Source: Fibrobacter succinogenes subsp. succinogenes S85 | GTDB taxonomy: Bacteria; Fibrobacterota; Fibrobacteria; Fibrobacterales; Fibrobacteraceae | NCBI RefSeq assembly: GCF_000146505.1 | Contig: NC_017448.1 | Span: 3,570,001-3,602,000 of the forward strand | Length of the DNA stretch: 32,000 nucleotides | Reading direction: 5' to 3' | Part shown: positions 23,998 to 32,000 of the stretch, piece by piece | Position numbering within the stretch: the stretch's first letter is position 1 | How the letters are laid out: the number at the start of each line of letters is the position of its first letter | Translations under genes and position numbers: made by a program | Notes under the pieces: model-generated | The model's input: only the letters and a program-made list of their open reading frames with translations | Databases searched by the model: none | Told to the model about the DNA's origin: nothing

Positions 23998-24956
23998 TGA
24001 AGAAAGTTCTTGGTATGGGCGCTGCCCTTGTCGATATTTTGGCTAACGTGAGTGATGAATGGATTGCTGCTCAAGGTGTACAGAAGGGTGGCATGAACAT
24101 GGTCGACTGGCCGCAGATGGAAAAGTTCCTGAAGGCTCTCGATAATCCGATTCGCGTGCCGGGCGGCTCAACTTGCAATACCATGGTGGGTCTTTCTCGC
24201 TTGCATGGCAAGGCTGCCTTCATCAGCAAGATTGGCGATGACGAACTCGGCAAGCTTTTCCAGGAACACTTGAAGAATAACGGCGTGGAATCGAAGCTCG
24301 GAATGAGTGATGTCGCTACGGGTTGCGTGTTCTCTGCTGTGACTCCGGACGCCCAGCGTTCCATGTGGACTTATTTGGGTGCATCTGACTTCCTCGGTTC
24401 GGACGATTTTACGCAGGCTCTCTATGACGATGTGGGCCTCCTCTATGCCGAAGGCTATCGTGCTTTCAATGGCGAATGCTTCAAGAAGGCTTTTACGCTC
24501 GCTCGCAGCCTCGGTGTCGAAACCGCTCTCGACTTTAGCTCGTTCGGTGTGGTCGAAGCTTGCCGCAAGCTGTTCGATGAACTCTTTGAAGAAAAGATGA
24601 TTGATATTATCATCGCTAACGAAGATGAAGCTTTTGCATACGCTGGTGTCAAGGAAGAAGCCGCTCTTGAAGTCTTGGCCAAGAAGGCCAAGGTTGCGGT
24701 CGTGAAGATTGGCAAGCGCGGTGCCTTGATTGCTAAGGACGGTTTGGTGACTCGCGTGTCTGCTGGTGCTGCAAAGGCTATCGATACGACGGGTGCAGGT
24801 GACCTCTGGGCATCGGGATTCCTCTACGGTTACATGAACGGCTGGGATATGGAACGCTCGGGCAAGCTCGGTAGCATCGTCTCGAACGAAGTGGTCCAGG
24901 TGATGGGCGCCCAGATTCCGGAAGAAGGCTGGCAGCGTATTTACGCTCAGATGTAA
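23997..24956 (+). CDS. PfkB-family carbohydrate/nucleoside kinase (adenosine-kinase-like)
   Basis: PGGSTCNT and DTTGAGDLWASGFLYG signatures. TAATG overlap with the rhomboid gene stop. Confidence 0.85.
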   Translation: MKKVLGMGAALVDILANVSDEWIAAQGVQKGGMNMVDWPQMEKFLKALDNPIRVPGGSTCNTMVGLSRLHGKAAFISKIGDDELGKLFQEHLKNNGVESKLGMSDVATGCVFSAVTPDAQRSMWTYLGASDFLGSDDFTQALYDDVGLLYAEGYRAFNGECFKKAFTLARSLGVETALDFSSFGVVEACRKLFDELFEEKMIDIIIANEDEAFAYAGVKEEAALEVLAKKAKVAVVKIGKRGALIAKDGLVTRVSAGAAKAIDTTGAGDLWASGFLYGYMNGWDMERSGKLGSIVSNEVVQVMGAQIPEEGWQRIYAQM

Positions 24957-24966
24957 TTGAGGAAAT

Positions 24967-25428
24967 ATGGTTTCTGTTGTTCGTTCTTTTGTGAAAAGTT
25001 GGGCTTTGGGCGCGATGCTCGTGCTTGCTTTGGCCGGAGCTGTAAATGCGGCTGGACCGAAAACGGCAGGAAGTGCGGCTGAAAATGATGCTGAAAAGGC
25101 GGAACTTGTTGCAGAAATTGCCGTGCGCGATAGCGTGATGGCGATTCATGACAGCGTCTGCACAGTTGAAAAACAGTCGCTCCGTTCGGACCTTGAACTC
25201 GAACGGGCCAAGTGCGAAAACTGGGAACAGAGCTACAACACACTCAAGAAGAACAACGAAACTTGCGCCAAGGCTTTGAGTGTTGCTGTCCAGGCCAATC
25301 AGGAACAGGCTGAGGCCGCTAAGGAAAAAGCCGAAAAGGATGATAAGAGTGATGTCGTGATGCAGTCGGCCTCTATGGCGGCTAGCTTTGGGCTTGGCAT
25401 GCTTATCATGTGGCTGATTCTTGATTAA
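24967..25428 (+). CDS. Hypothetical exported coiled-coil protein with a C-terminal hydrophobic anchor
   Basis: GAGGA Shine-Dalgarno sequence. Signal peptide WALGAMLVLALAGAVNA. E/K/A/Q-rich central region with 3 Cys. C-terminal MAASFGLGMLIMWLIL. Confidence 0.65.
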   Translation: MVSVVRSFVKSWALGAMLVLALAGAVNAAGPKTAGSAAENDAEKAELVAEIAVRDSVMAIHDSVCTVEKQSLRSDLELERAKCENWEQSYNTLKKNNETCAKALSVAVQANQEQAEAAKEKAEKDDKSDVVMQSASMAASFGLGMLIMWLILD

Positions 25429-25463
25429 ATTTTAAGTCGCGGCCGTGCCGCATGGGAGTTGAA

Positions 25464-27044
25464 ATGAAAAGAACCGCTTTTATCATGAGCCTGCTTATGT
25501 GTGCGGGCTTTTCGTTTGCTAAAAAATCGGATGTGCCGACGGGACCGTTCCATTTGCGGTCAACGCTCAAGCAAATCGCATCAATTCCAATGACTACGGC
25601 TGAAATTTCGGCGTACATGCCCGAAAAGAAGGTGCTGTTCGTCGTGGGCGGCGAGAATGTCCTTGAAGTTGTTGACATGGCTGACCCCGCAAAACCGAAA
25701 AAGGTGAGCGAAGTCAAGTTGCCGGGCGGCGCCTCTAGCGTGACGGTCTTTGGTGACCTTGTGGCGGTGAGCCTCTTGAACAATCCCGAATGGAAAATGG
25801 GACATGTGCAGGTGATGCGCTACAACAAGAAACTTGAAGTTCTTGGAAAGCATGAACTTTGCTACATGCCCGACATGATTACGTTTACTCCGGATGGAAA
25901 GAATTTGCTCGTGGCCTGCGAAGGCTCTCCGGATGAAACTTTCACGGAAGACCCGGAAGGCGGCATTGGTGTTTTGTCGGTTGCGGGCGCAAATACGTTG
26001 GCGAGTGCGGCTGACTTTGTAAGGGCTTGGAGAAAGCCGCAGAAGACGCTTGTCGGATTTGGCGAACTGGATTCGCTAGCGTTGATGGCGAAGGGTGTCC
26101 GTAAGACTGGCGTGAAGAGTTTTGTGCAGTCCCTTGAACCGGAATATATTACTGTATCTAAGGATTCCAAGACGGCTTGGGTGAGCTTGCAAGAAAACAA
26201 TGCGTTAGTCAAGTTTGATGTCGAGGCGAAGAAAATTTTGGACGTGTATCCGCTTGGGTATGTAGACCATTCCAAGCCGGGTTTTGGTCTGGACATCAAG
26301 AAAAACAAGAAAATTGAAATCAAGAATTATCCGCTGCGTGGTTTGCGCCAACCGGATGGAATTTCGGCTTTCAGCGCAGGTGGGAAGACTTTTGTGCTTA
26401 CGGCGAACGAAGGTTCTCCGGTTAACGATTACAAGGCTTGGACGGATGTGACGACTCCGATGATGCTTTCGCAGAATGGCGTCTTGGATACGAGCGTGTT
26501 TACGGCTGAAGTGCTTGAAGATGTAAAGAATATTTCTGTGAGCAACTTGGAACGCTGCAATGTGGCGCCTGACAAGACTGAAAATGGCAAGTGTCCTTAC
26601 ATGTATAGCTTTGGAACGCGCTCCATTAGCATTTTCGATGGCGAAACAGGACACTTGATGTGGGATTCCGGTGATGCTTTTGAACAAGCGATGGCCCTGA
26701 TGGCGCCTGATTACTTTAACTGGAATTCCAAGAAGGGTAAAGCCAAGATGGATGCCCGCAGTGAAGACAAGGGTTGCGAACCGGAAAACGTAACGACTGG
26801 TATTGTGGGCGATAAGCGCTATGCTTTTGTTGGGTTGGAACGCACGAGTGGCGTTGCCGTGTTTGATATTACTGATGTTGAAAACGGGAACACCCCGAAA
26901 TTGGAAGATTTCTATTTAGACCCGAAAGATCGCGGTCCCGAAGGCATTTTGTTTATCTCTGCTGAAAATAGCCCGAATGGCGAACCGCTTTTAGTTGTTG
27001 GCTACGAGTACAGCAAAACGCTCGCGGTTTACGCCGTAAAATAG
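25464..27044 (+). CDS. Secreted beta-propeller-type protein, choice-of-anchor-I-like (function uncertain)
   Basis: Signal peptide MKRTAFIMSLLMCAGFSFA after GGGAG. LEPEYITVSKDSKTAWVSLQENNALVKFDV and EGSP/NEGSP repeats resemble choice-of-anchor I family proteins, from my memory of that family. Confidence 0.6.
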   Translation: MKRTAFIMSLLMCAGFSFAKKSDVPTGPFHLRSTLKQIASIPMTTAEISAYMPEKKVLFVVGGENVLEVVDMADPAKPKKVSEVKLPGGASSVTVFGDLVAVSLLNNPEWKMGHVQVMRYNKKLEVLGKHELCYMPDMITFTPDGKNLLVACEGSPDETFTEDPEGGIGVLSVAGANTLASAADFVRAWRKPQKTLVGFGELDSLALMAKGVRKTGVKSFVQSLEPEYITVSKDSKTAWVSLQENNALVKFDVEAKKILDVYPLGYVDHSKPGFGLDIKKNKKIEIKNYPLRGLRQPDGISAFSAGGKTFVLTANEGSPVNDYKAWTDVTTPMMLSQNGVLDTSVFTAEVLEDVKNISVSNLERCNVAPDKTENGKCPYMYSFGTRSISIFDGETGHLMWDSGDAFEQAMALMAPDYFNWNSKKGKAKMDARSEDKGCEPENVTTGIVGDKRYAFVGLERTSGVAVFDITDVENGNTPKLEDFYLDPKDRGPEGILFISAENSPNGEPLLVVGYEYSKTLAVYAVK

Positions 27045-27117
27045 AACTTAGCCCGCTTCGCTCTTAGAACTTAGAATATTGCTATCTCACTAAGTTCTGC
27101 CAACTAAGTTCTGCCAA
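27042..27117. repeat. Intergenic repeat cluster in the convergent spacer
   Basis: TAGAACTTA at 27042 and 27064 flanks GCCCGCTTCGCTCT. CGCTTCGCT (27054-27062) plus TAGAATATTGCTA (27072-27084) is collinear with the 18373-18396 element. A 14-nt tandem CTAAGTTCTGCCAA x2 lies at 27090-27117. Confidence 0.8.
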
Positions 27118-27130
27118 CTCGCATCTTGTT

Positions 27131-28162
27131 TTACATTACTTTCTCAGGCCACGGGTGCTTGGGGTATCTTCCTCGTAATTCTTTGCGGACTTCGGCGTAG
27201 GTGTTTTGCCAGAAGCTTGTGAGATCCCATGTTTTTTGAATCGTGCGGAAGTTCGGTGCTAGAATGTCGTAACGCACTTTGAGCTTGCCGTCTGCGATTT
27301 TGTGTTCGCCGCGGAGCTGCATAAAGTCTTCGATGCGTGCGGAAATCTCGACGAGAACGCCGTCTGCACTTTGTACGATTTTGCCGCTGCTCTGTTCATC
27401 GGCGGTGGCGACTTCTTGATAGCTGTAGCGGGCGCGCTTGCCATTGGGGAGTACGTAATGATCGGGGAACGTCTTTTGCAGCCAGGCTAACATGGACTTG
27501 CCGAAGTAATCTTCGACAATGTTGCGGTAGCGGTCTTCGTTGATGTCGCGCAATAGGAATATGCCGTCCGTAAGTTCATTTAGAATAAGCTCCATGTCTT
27601 CGTCATTGAATTCGGGGAGCCCATATTCCGGGTAAAGCCTTGCGGCAAGGCGCATCTTGATGAGGAGCGTCTGGATGTTCTCGGTGAGGTAACGACCGGT
27701 CCAGTTTTCTTTTTCGAGCTTGTCGCGCCAAGCTTCGGCGGTAAGCTCTTTGAGTTTTTCGAGGACTTTGGGCGATGCTTCTTGCGGGAGAATTTCTTTG
27801 CGGCTTGTTTCGCGGATGTCGCCGTTGGGGCTTTCGCTTTCGTGAATCTCGATGCCGATAAAGCGTTCTTGACCGCTACGCCATAACAGTTCATAGCGAA
27901 TGTTTTCGCTTTCGCCGCCAAGCAATTCTTTGGGCACTGGAGCGTAAAGGCTTACGCGCAGTTCGGATTTGCTGCCTCCACCCGTGCGGAGCATGGAGAG
28001 TGCGAGCAATGCGTAAGGCGGCTCTGATACTTGCAAACGGATCGTGTTGCCGTTGCTCAACTTGTAAACGTTACCGCTTGGGGTGGCGAGTGCATCTGGG
28101 AATGCAGCGAGAAGGCTTTGGGCTATGGCGCGTGTGTCGGGCTCGCCTTTTGCGATAGGCAT
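27131..28162 (-). CDS. hrpB: ATP-dependent helicase HrpB, C-terminal part (HrpB_C domain), as a separate ORF
   Basis: AIAQSLLAAFPDALATPSGNVYKLSNG and the C-terminal DLTSFWQNTYAEVRKELRGRYPKHPWPE closely match the C-terminal region of E. coli HrpB as I remember it. Overlaps the upstream ORF by 40 nt in another frame. Confidence 0.8.
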   Translation of the reverse strand: MPIAKGEPDTRAIAQSLLAAFPDALATPSGNVYKLSNGNTIRLQVSEPPYALLALSMLRTGGGSKSELRVSLYAPVPKELLGGESENIRYELLWRSGQERFIGIEIHESESPNGDIRETSRKEILPQEASPKVLEKLKELTAEAWRDKLEKENWTGRYLTENIQTLLIKMRLAARLYPEYGLPEFNDEDMELILNELTDGIFLLRDINEDRYRNIVEDYFGKSMLAWLQKTFPDHYVLPNGKRARYSYQEVATADEQSSGKIVQSADGVLVEISARIEDFMQLRGEHKIADGKLKVRYDILAPNFRTIQKTWDLTSFWQNTYAEVRKELRGRYPKHPWPEKVM

Positions 28163-29757
28163 ACCTCTTCTCTCGTCACTCGTCTCTCGTCTAAATTGTC
28201 TCTGTAATCGCGGAGCTGCTTTAGCGTGAACGAGACTTCTCGCGGAATATTGATGGCTTTAGAAAGTGTATCACTTGCAAGCGTGAGCAAATTGAGCGTG
28301 TTTTTAGATTTCTGTACAAACTCTGTGCCGGAATGGATCCAAGCCATGGCGGCGAGGAGCAAGTCGGGGAGGGCTGCGGCGCTCGTTGCTTTTGCTAAAA
28401 TCAATGCGAGTGGAATGTTTGAAATTGGCGTTTGAATGGCGCGCTTGCCAAGTTCCGTGATGTGGCCATCTTGCAACATGCCGAAGTTATTGAGCATCGC
28501 ATTGGCGACTCTTTCGCGCGCTTCTGGAATCGCCGTCGGCAGTTTTATTTGGGATTGCTTCGCAATGACGTCATCATCAATTGTCACCCTGGAGCCGTTA
28601 GGCGATAGGGCCCATGAATCTTCGAGCGCTGCTTTTTGCAATAGAAATTCCGAGGGCTCAATTTGCAGAACTTCTGGCACGATACCTTGTGGCATGTGCT
28701 TCTCGGCATCTTCTGTCCAGAGGCGGATGGCACAACCGTTCTGTGTACGACCGCTACGGCCACTGCGCTGGATGGCGTTTTGCAACGAAATCGGGAGCGT
28801 GCGGAGAACGTTCACTTTTTCACTATCATCATATTCACTGACGCGCTCGATGCCGCTATCGACAACGCCTGTGACGTTGGGGACTGTGATAGACGTTTCT
28901 GCAATGTTGGTCGTAAAGATGACGCGCGGGCGTTCTGTTTCTTCGAAAATGCGGTCTTGCGTTTCTCGGTCTTGGCCGCCGTAGAGTTCAAGGAACTCGG
29001 CGACGTTGTCGCCCAGAGCTTCGCTCGCGGCGGTGTGGCATTTGGCAATTTCTGCTTTACCCGGCAAGAATACGAGCGTTGTTTGCCAAACGTTGTTGCG
29101 GTACAAAGTGCGCAATGCACGGACAACTTCGCTTTCGATTCCCTGACCTGCGCTGATGTTTGTGCCTGCGGCAGGTTTTTGGTGAAGAATTTGTACGGGA
29201 TAAAGCGGATGTCCGAGTTCTAGACATTTGACGCCGAGCGCTTGTCCCATTTCTTCGCGGTTGAGCTTCGCGCTCATGACGGCGATTCTCGGCGCTTTGA
29301 TACATTCATTACCTGATGCGCGGTTTGCGGCTTGCAATTTGAGCAAGTACGCAAAGAGCAAGTCCATGTCGGCTTTGCGTTCGTGGTATTCATCGAAGAT
29401 GACCCATTCCGCGTTCATCTTGCCGTGCAGAAGCTCCTGCAAAAAGTTACCGTACGTTTGGAACAAGATTCTCGTAGCGCTAGATTTGCAACTGTCTTGA
29501 CGGAACTGGTAACCGATGGTCTTGCCGCATGGCTCGTTGTGGAGCTTTGCTGAGTACTGCGCGAGGGCGAGTGCTGCAATGCGTCTCGGCTGTAACACGA
29601 CAATGCGACCGCTAAAGTGGTTGCTCAAGAACCACGGGATGTACAAAGACTTACCGCTACCGGTGGGCGCTTCGACGAGTAGGTTGTTCGTCTTGTTGAC
29701 GGCGTCTACGAGCTTTTGTTCTTCTTCGGCAATGGCTAAATCTTTGTACGTGCGCAT
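28123..29757 (-). CDS. hrpB: ATP-dependent helicase HrpB, N-terminal DExH helicase core plus HA2 part, as a separate ORF
   Basis: APTGSGKS Walker A, FDEYHER (DExH box), TNIAETSITVP and QRSGRSGR motifs. Ends at 28123 after a tail (…RDNLDERRVTREEVCLSQKASPTHAP) encoded by the GACGAGAGA repeat. Confidence 0.8.
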   Translation of the reverse strand: MRTYKDLAIAEEEQKLVDAVNKTNNLLVEAPTGSGKSLYIPWFLSNHFSGRIVVLQPRRIAALALAQYSAKLHNEPCGKTIGYQFRQDSCKSSATRILFQTYGNFLQELLHGKMNAEWVIFDEYHERKADMDLLFAYLLKLQAANRASGNECIKAPRIAVMSAKLNREEMGQALGVKCLELGHPLYPVQILHQKPAAGTNISAGQGIESEVVRALRTLYRNNVWQTTLVFLPGKAEIAKCHTAASEALGDNVAEFLELYGGQDRETQDRIFEETERPRVIFTTNIAETSITVPNVTGVVDSGIERVSEYDDSEKVNVLRTLPISLQNAIQRSGRSGRTQNGCAIRLWTEDAEKHMPQGIVPEVLQIEPSEFLLQKAALEDSWALSPNGSRVTIDDDVIAKQSQIKLPTAIPEARERVANAMLNNFGMLQDGHITELGKRAIQTPISNIPLALILAKATSAAALPDLLLAAMAWIHSGTEFVQKSKNTLNLLTLASDTLSKAINIPREVSFTLKQLRDYRDNLDERRVTREEVCLSQKASPTHAP

Positions 29758-29792
29758 TGTAGATGTTCTCTTTAGGTTTCTTTAAACAACAG

Positions 29793-29814
29793 ACCCCGGC
29801 GCATTGACCGGGGT
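29793..29814 (-). terminator. GC-rich hairpin between the 154-aa gene and hrpB (terminator candidate)
   Basis: 7-bp stem ACCCCGG / CCGGGGT with an 8-nt loop. On the minus strand it is followed by CTGTTGTTT, only a moderate T-tract. Confidence 0.5.
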
Positions 29815-29877
29815 GTATAAATTAGATCTTTCGCTTCTCTCGTCTCTAGTCTGTGAGCGAAGCGGTCTTTCGTCTCG

Positions 29878-30342
29878 TTAAGCCTTCGGGTATCTCAGCT
29901 TTTCGCCAGTTGTTGCATCAACGTAAGGCGGTTTGCCTTCGCGGAACTTCTGGTTGATGACCAAGTTCTGGAGTCTTCTGCGGATGCCTGCTTCAGTCTT
30001 GCAGAAGAAGAACACGACCTTGTTTGTACCCGGAACCTGGAACACAGCGAGTTTGAACTTCTGTGAAACAGCGCGACGGAAAAACTTGATATCTTCTTTC
30101 TTCGGGATGACCTGATCGCTACCCGGCTTGATTTCGCAAATCATGTCGGCATCGGCAAGCAAAGCCTTGGACTTCTGCTGGAGAGCGAGGAAGTTCGGTT
30201 CGGTGCTTTTGCGGATGTTTTCCATGTTGAACGGGCTTCTGGCCTTCAGGCCTTTGAGCGCACCACGGATAACAAAAAATAAAGCGACGACCACAACTAG
30301 AATAATCAGGTAGGGCCAGTTGTTTGCTAAAAAGTCTAACAT
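29878..30342 (-). CDS. Hypothetical membrane-anchored protein (154 aa)
   Basis: ATG 30342 with GAGGTG upstream. N-terminal TM helix WPYLIILVVVVALFFVI. The longer track ORF (to 30546) would run across the divergent promoter and into the BamA-like gene, so it is rejected. Confidence 0.65.
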   Translation of the reverse strand: MLDFLANNWPYLIILVVVVALFFVIRGALKGLKARSPFNMENIRKSTEPNFLALQQKSKALLADADMICEIKPGSDQVIPKKEDIKFFRRAVSQKFKLAVFQVPGTNKVVFFFCKTEAGIRRRLQNLVINQKFREGKPPYVDATTGEKLRYPKA

Positions 30343-30428
30343 AATCACCTCAATTTGGTGCCTCAAATATAGCAATTTTTGTGAGATTCGCCAAAACCGC
30401 CTGCGGATGCCTTTTGTATCTTTGATTC

Positions 30429-31712
30429 GTGAAATTTTTTGTGAAGACTTTTTTGTTGGCGGGAGTCGTTTCCGCTTTTGTATCTGCAAACGCTGCAGAG
30501 TCGGATTCGCTGCGTGTCGATTCCGACCTGTGCAGCGATGGTGCAAAAATCGAATCGATTGAGTTTGAAGGCCTGGAACATACTAAGCCTCGTGTGGTGT
30601 GGCGCGAACTTACGCACAAGGTTGGGGGCTCTTTTTCGCAGAAGACTTTTGAATCGGAGAAGCTTCGCCTCCAAGACTTGGACCTCTTTACGGATATTTA
30701 CGTTTCTTGTAAAAATGGAAACGTCGTTTATAATTTCAAAGAAATCTTCCGTTGGATTCCATCGCCGGATAGCAAGACAACTGACCGCGATGGTCTTATG
30801 CTTGGGCTTGCGCTTGCGAACCTGAACGTGCTTGGCGAAGACATTCGTGCCGAAGTGCACTACCGCACGGCTATTGATCCGTTTTTTGAAAATAACGAGT
30901 ATGCCTTTTACGCGAGTTCGCCATATTTGTTTGGCATCCCGCTTGGCTGGAATATTGATTTTACGCGAACCGATAGCTGGGACGACCTTCGTGAATTCAA
31001 GGACGCAAGTTGGTTGTTGAGTTTGGACTTGAATTGGAAATTTGTTCCGCATTATTCGCTTTTAGGAAAGTTGACTTATCGCTATCTTGAAAAAGGACCT
31101 GGCGTGCTACCGGAATTTGGGCTTGGCTTTGCTGTGGACTACCGCGATAGCGAACTTGATACGCGTAAGGGAATTTATTTTGAAAGTGATGTGACGCATG
31201 TGGGCGTTGGCGGAAAGCGTGGCGAAAATTTTGTTGAATTCTTGGAAGATGCTCGCGCTTACTATTCGATCGGTCGTTTTGTTACGGGGGCAACAGCGCT
31301 TGTTCGTTTGCGCCCGGGCGATGTAAAACGCTATGATTATTTCTATCATGGCGGTACGAACTCTTTCCGTGGTCTTAACAGTCCGGATGCGGAGCATTTG
31401 GGCGTTCATGAAATGCTCTTGAATCTGGAAGAGCGTTTTGTGCTATTGGAACGCCGTTCGGCATCGCTGTGGGGAATTAACTTCTTTTACGGAATCCAGC
31501 TGGTGGCAGGTTTTGATGCAAGCGTGCTTTGGGACAAGGGGGCTCCTGGTTGGAAAAATTACGAAGGGGCTGTCTATGGTGGTTTGCATATCGTGATCCC
31601 TGCGCTTGACCGAATCCGTTTTGAAGTTGGCTACAGCCCCGATACGGGAAAACCGAAGTTTAGTTGGGGTATCTTGGGCAAGACGACAACGCAGCGCTGG
31701 CGGAGTAGGTAA
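30429..31712 (+). CDS. Omp85/BamA-family outer-membrane protein (one POTRA domain plus beta-barrel)
   Basis: GTG start. Signal peptide KTFLLAGVVSAFVSANA. POTRA-like IESIEFEGLEHTKPRVVWRELTHKVGGSF. The barrel has GGTNSFRG and ends in aromatic-rich strands. Confidence 0.75.
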   Translation: MKFFVKTFLLAGVVSAFVSANAAESDSLRVDSDLCSDGAKIESIEFEGLEHTKPRVVWRELTHKVGGSFSQKTFESEKLRLQDLDLFTDIYVSCKNGNVVYNFKEIFRWIPSPDSKTTDRDGLMLGLALANLNVLGEDIRAEVHYRTAIDPFFENNEYAFYASSPYLFGIPLGWNIDFTRTDSWDDLREFKDASWLLSLDLNWKFVPHYSLLGKLTYRYLEKGPGVLPEFGLGFAVDYRDSELDTRKGIYFESDVTHVGVGGKRGENFVEFLEDARAYYSIGRFVTGATALVRLRPGDVKRYDYFYHGGTNSFRGLNSPDAEHLGVHEMLLNLEERFVLLERRSASLWGINFFYGIQLVAGFDASVLWDKGAPGWKNYEGAVYGGLHIVIPALDRIRFEVGYSPDTGKPKFSWGILGKTTTQRWRSR

Positions 31713-31831
31713 TTCGGTTTTGAATATACTTTGGTAAAAAAAGACTTTACAATTTCCGAATAAATACTAAATTAGGGATTATATTTGTAATAAAAAGATA
31801 ATGAGGCTCAATGTGGGCCGACGGAGAATAA

Positions 31832-32000
31832 ATGGCAATAAACTACTTGGATCTTCCAATTGGACGCAAGTATCCTTACGAAGTGGACTGCGTCGTGGAA
31901 ATCGGCAAAGACACGAACTTGAAGTATGAATATGACGAACGCTTGCATGTGTTCCGTCTTGACCGTTGTCTTTTGAGCTCTATGAGCTACCCTTGCACGT
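31832..32000 (+). CDS. ppa: Inorganic pyrophosphatase (family I), 5' part; runs off the window
   Basis: My own translation gives MAINYLDLPIGRKYPYEVDCVVEIGKDTNLKYEYDERLHVFRLDRCLLSSMSYPCT. This fits the V.IEI......KYE.D......DR.....YP pattern of soluble PPases. GGAGA Shine-Dalgarno sequence at 31823-31827. Not in the ORF track because there is no stop inside the window. Confidence 0.8.
   Translation, partial: MAINYLDLPIGRKYPYEVDCVVEIGKDTNLKYEYDERLHVFRLDRCLLSSMSYPCT

Noticed and set aside
27090-27117. Short tandem and direct repeats (14-nt x2 here, 12-nt x3 at 19516, 20-nt periods at 5050 and 9550) considered as a possible CRISPR array or minisatellite.
   Set aside because: There are only 2-3 copies, the units are 12-20 nt, there are no unique spacers of 30+ nt, and there are no cas genes. 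This is not a CRISPR array.
30343-30546. N-terminal 68-aa extension of the minus-strand ORF 29878..30546.
   Set aside because: The extension is highly basic and low in complexity, and it overlaps the start of the divergent BamA-like gene. An internal ATG at 30342 has a good GAGGTG Shine-Dalgarno sequence and is directly followed by a TM helix.

Overview
This is a tightly packed, mostly housekeeping chromosomal segment with about 31 protein-coding genes, several joined by 1-14 nt start/stop overlaps. It looks like a Fibrobacter-type (FCB-group) genome. That assignment is inferred from a TIGR02147/DUF4423-type protein, a CE6+CBM6 acetyl-xylan-esterase-like enzyme with a short C-terminal sorting-type tail, and LptD-like and BamA-like outer-membrane proteins. 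Genes recognised from motifs: maf, rodZ-like, hisB, epmB and efp (divergent), thiL, a PilB/GspE ATPase with MshEN-type N-terminal motifs, a UvrD/PcrA helicase, gatC, kdsB, a ComEA-like gene, pilM-like plus a pilN/O-like partner, rsmD, coaD, a rhomboid protease, a PfkB kinase, hrpB (present as two overlapping ORFs) and ppa (cut by the window end). I saw no rRNA, tRNA, CRISPR array, integrase or transposase. The only accessory-looking stretch is about 3.7-7.9 kb, between hisB and epmB. It holds three same-strand genes: an unknown 352-aa protein with a GIY-YIG-like C-terminal motif, a TIGR02147-type HTH-like protein, and an overlapping AT-rich gene for a Cys-rich lipoprotein made of two ~289-aa tandem repeats. 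AT-rich spacers bracket these genes. This is my best candidate for an undescribed module, but its function cannot be read from the sequence. Other points worth a second look are the split hrpB, whose junction carries a purine-rich word (TAGACGAGAGACGA) also found in intergenic leaders, and a family of short intergenic word repeats and a CGCTTCGCT...GAATATTGCTA element. There is also an S/Y/G-rich low-complexity linker in the UvrD-like helicase and tandem c-di-GMP-type MshEN motifs in PilB. All functional calls rest on motif recognition by eye; no database search was possible.
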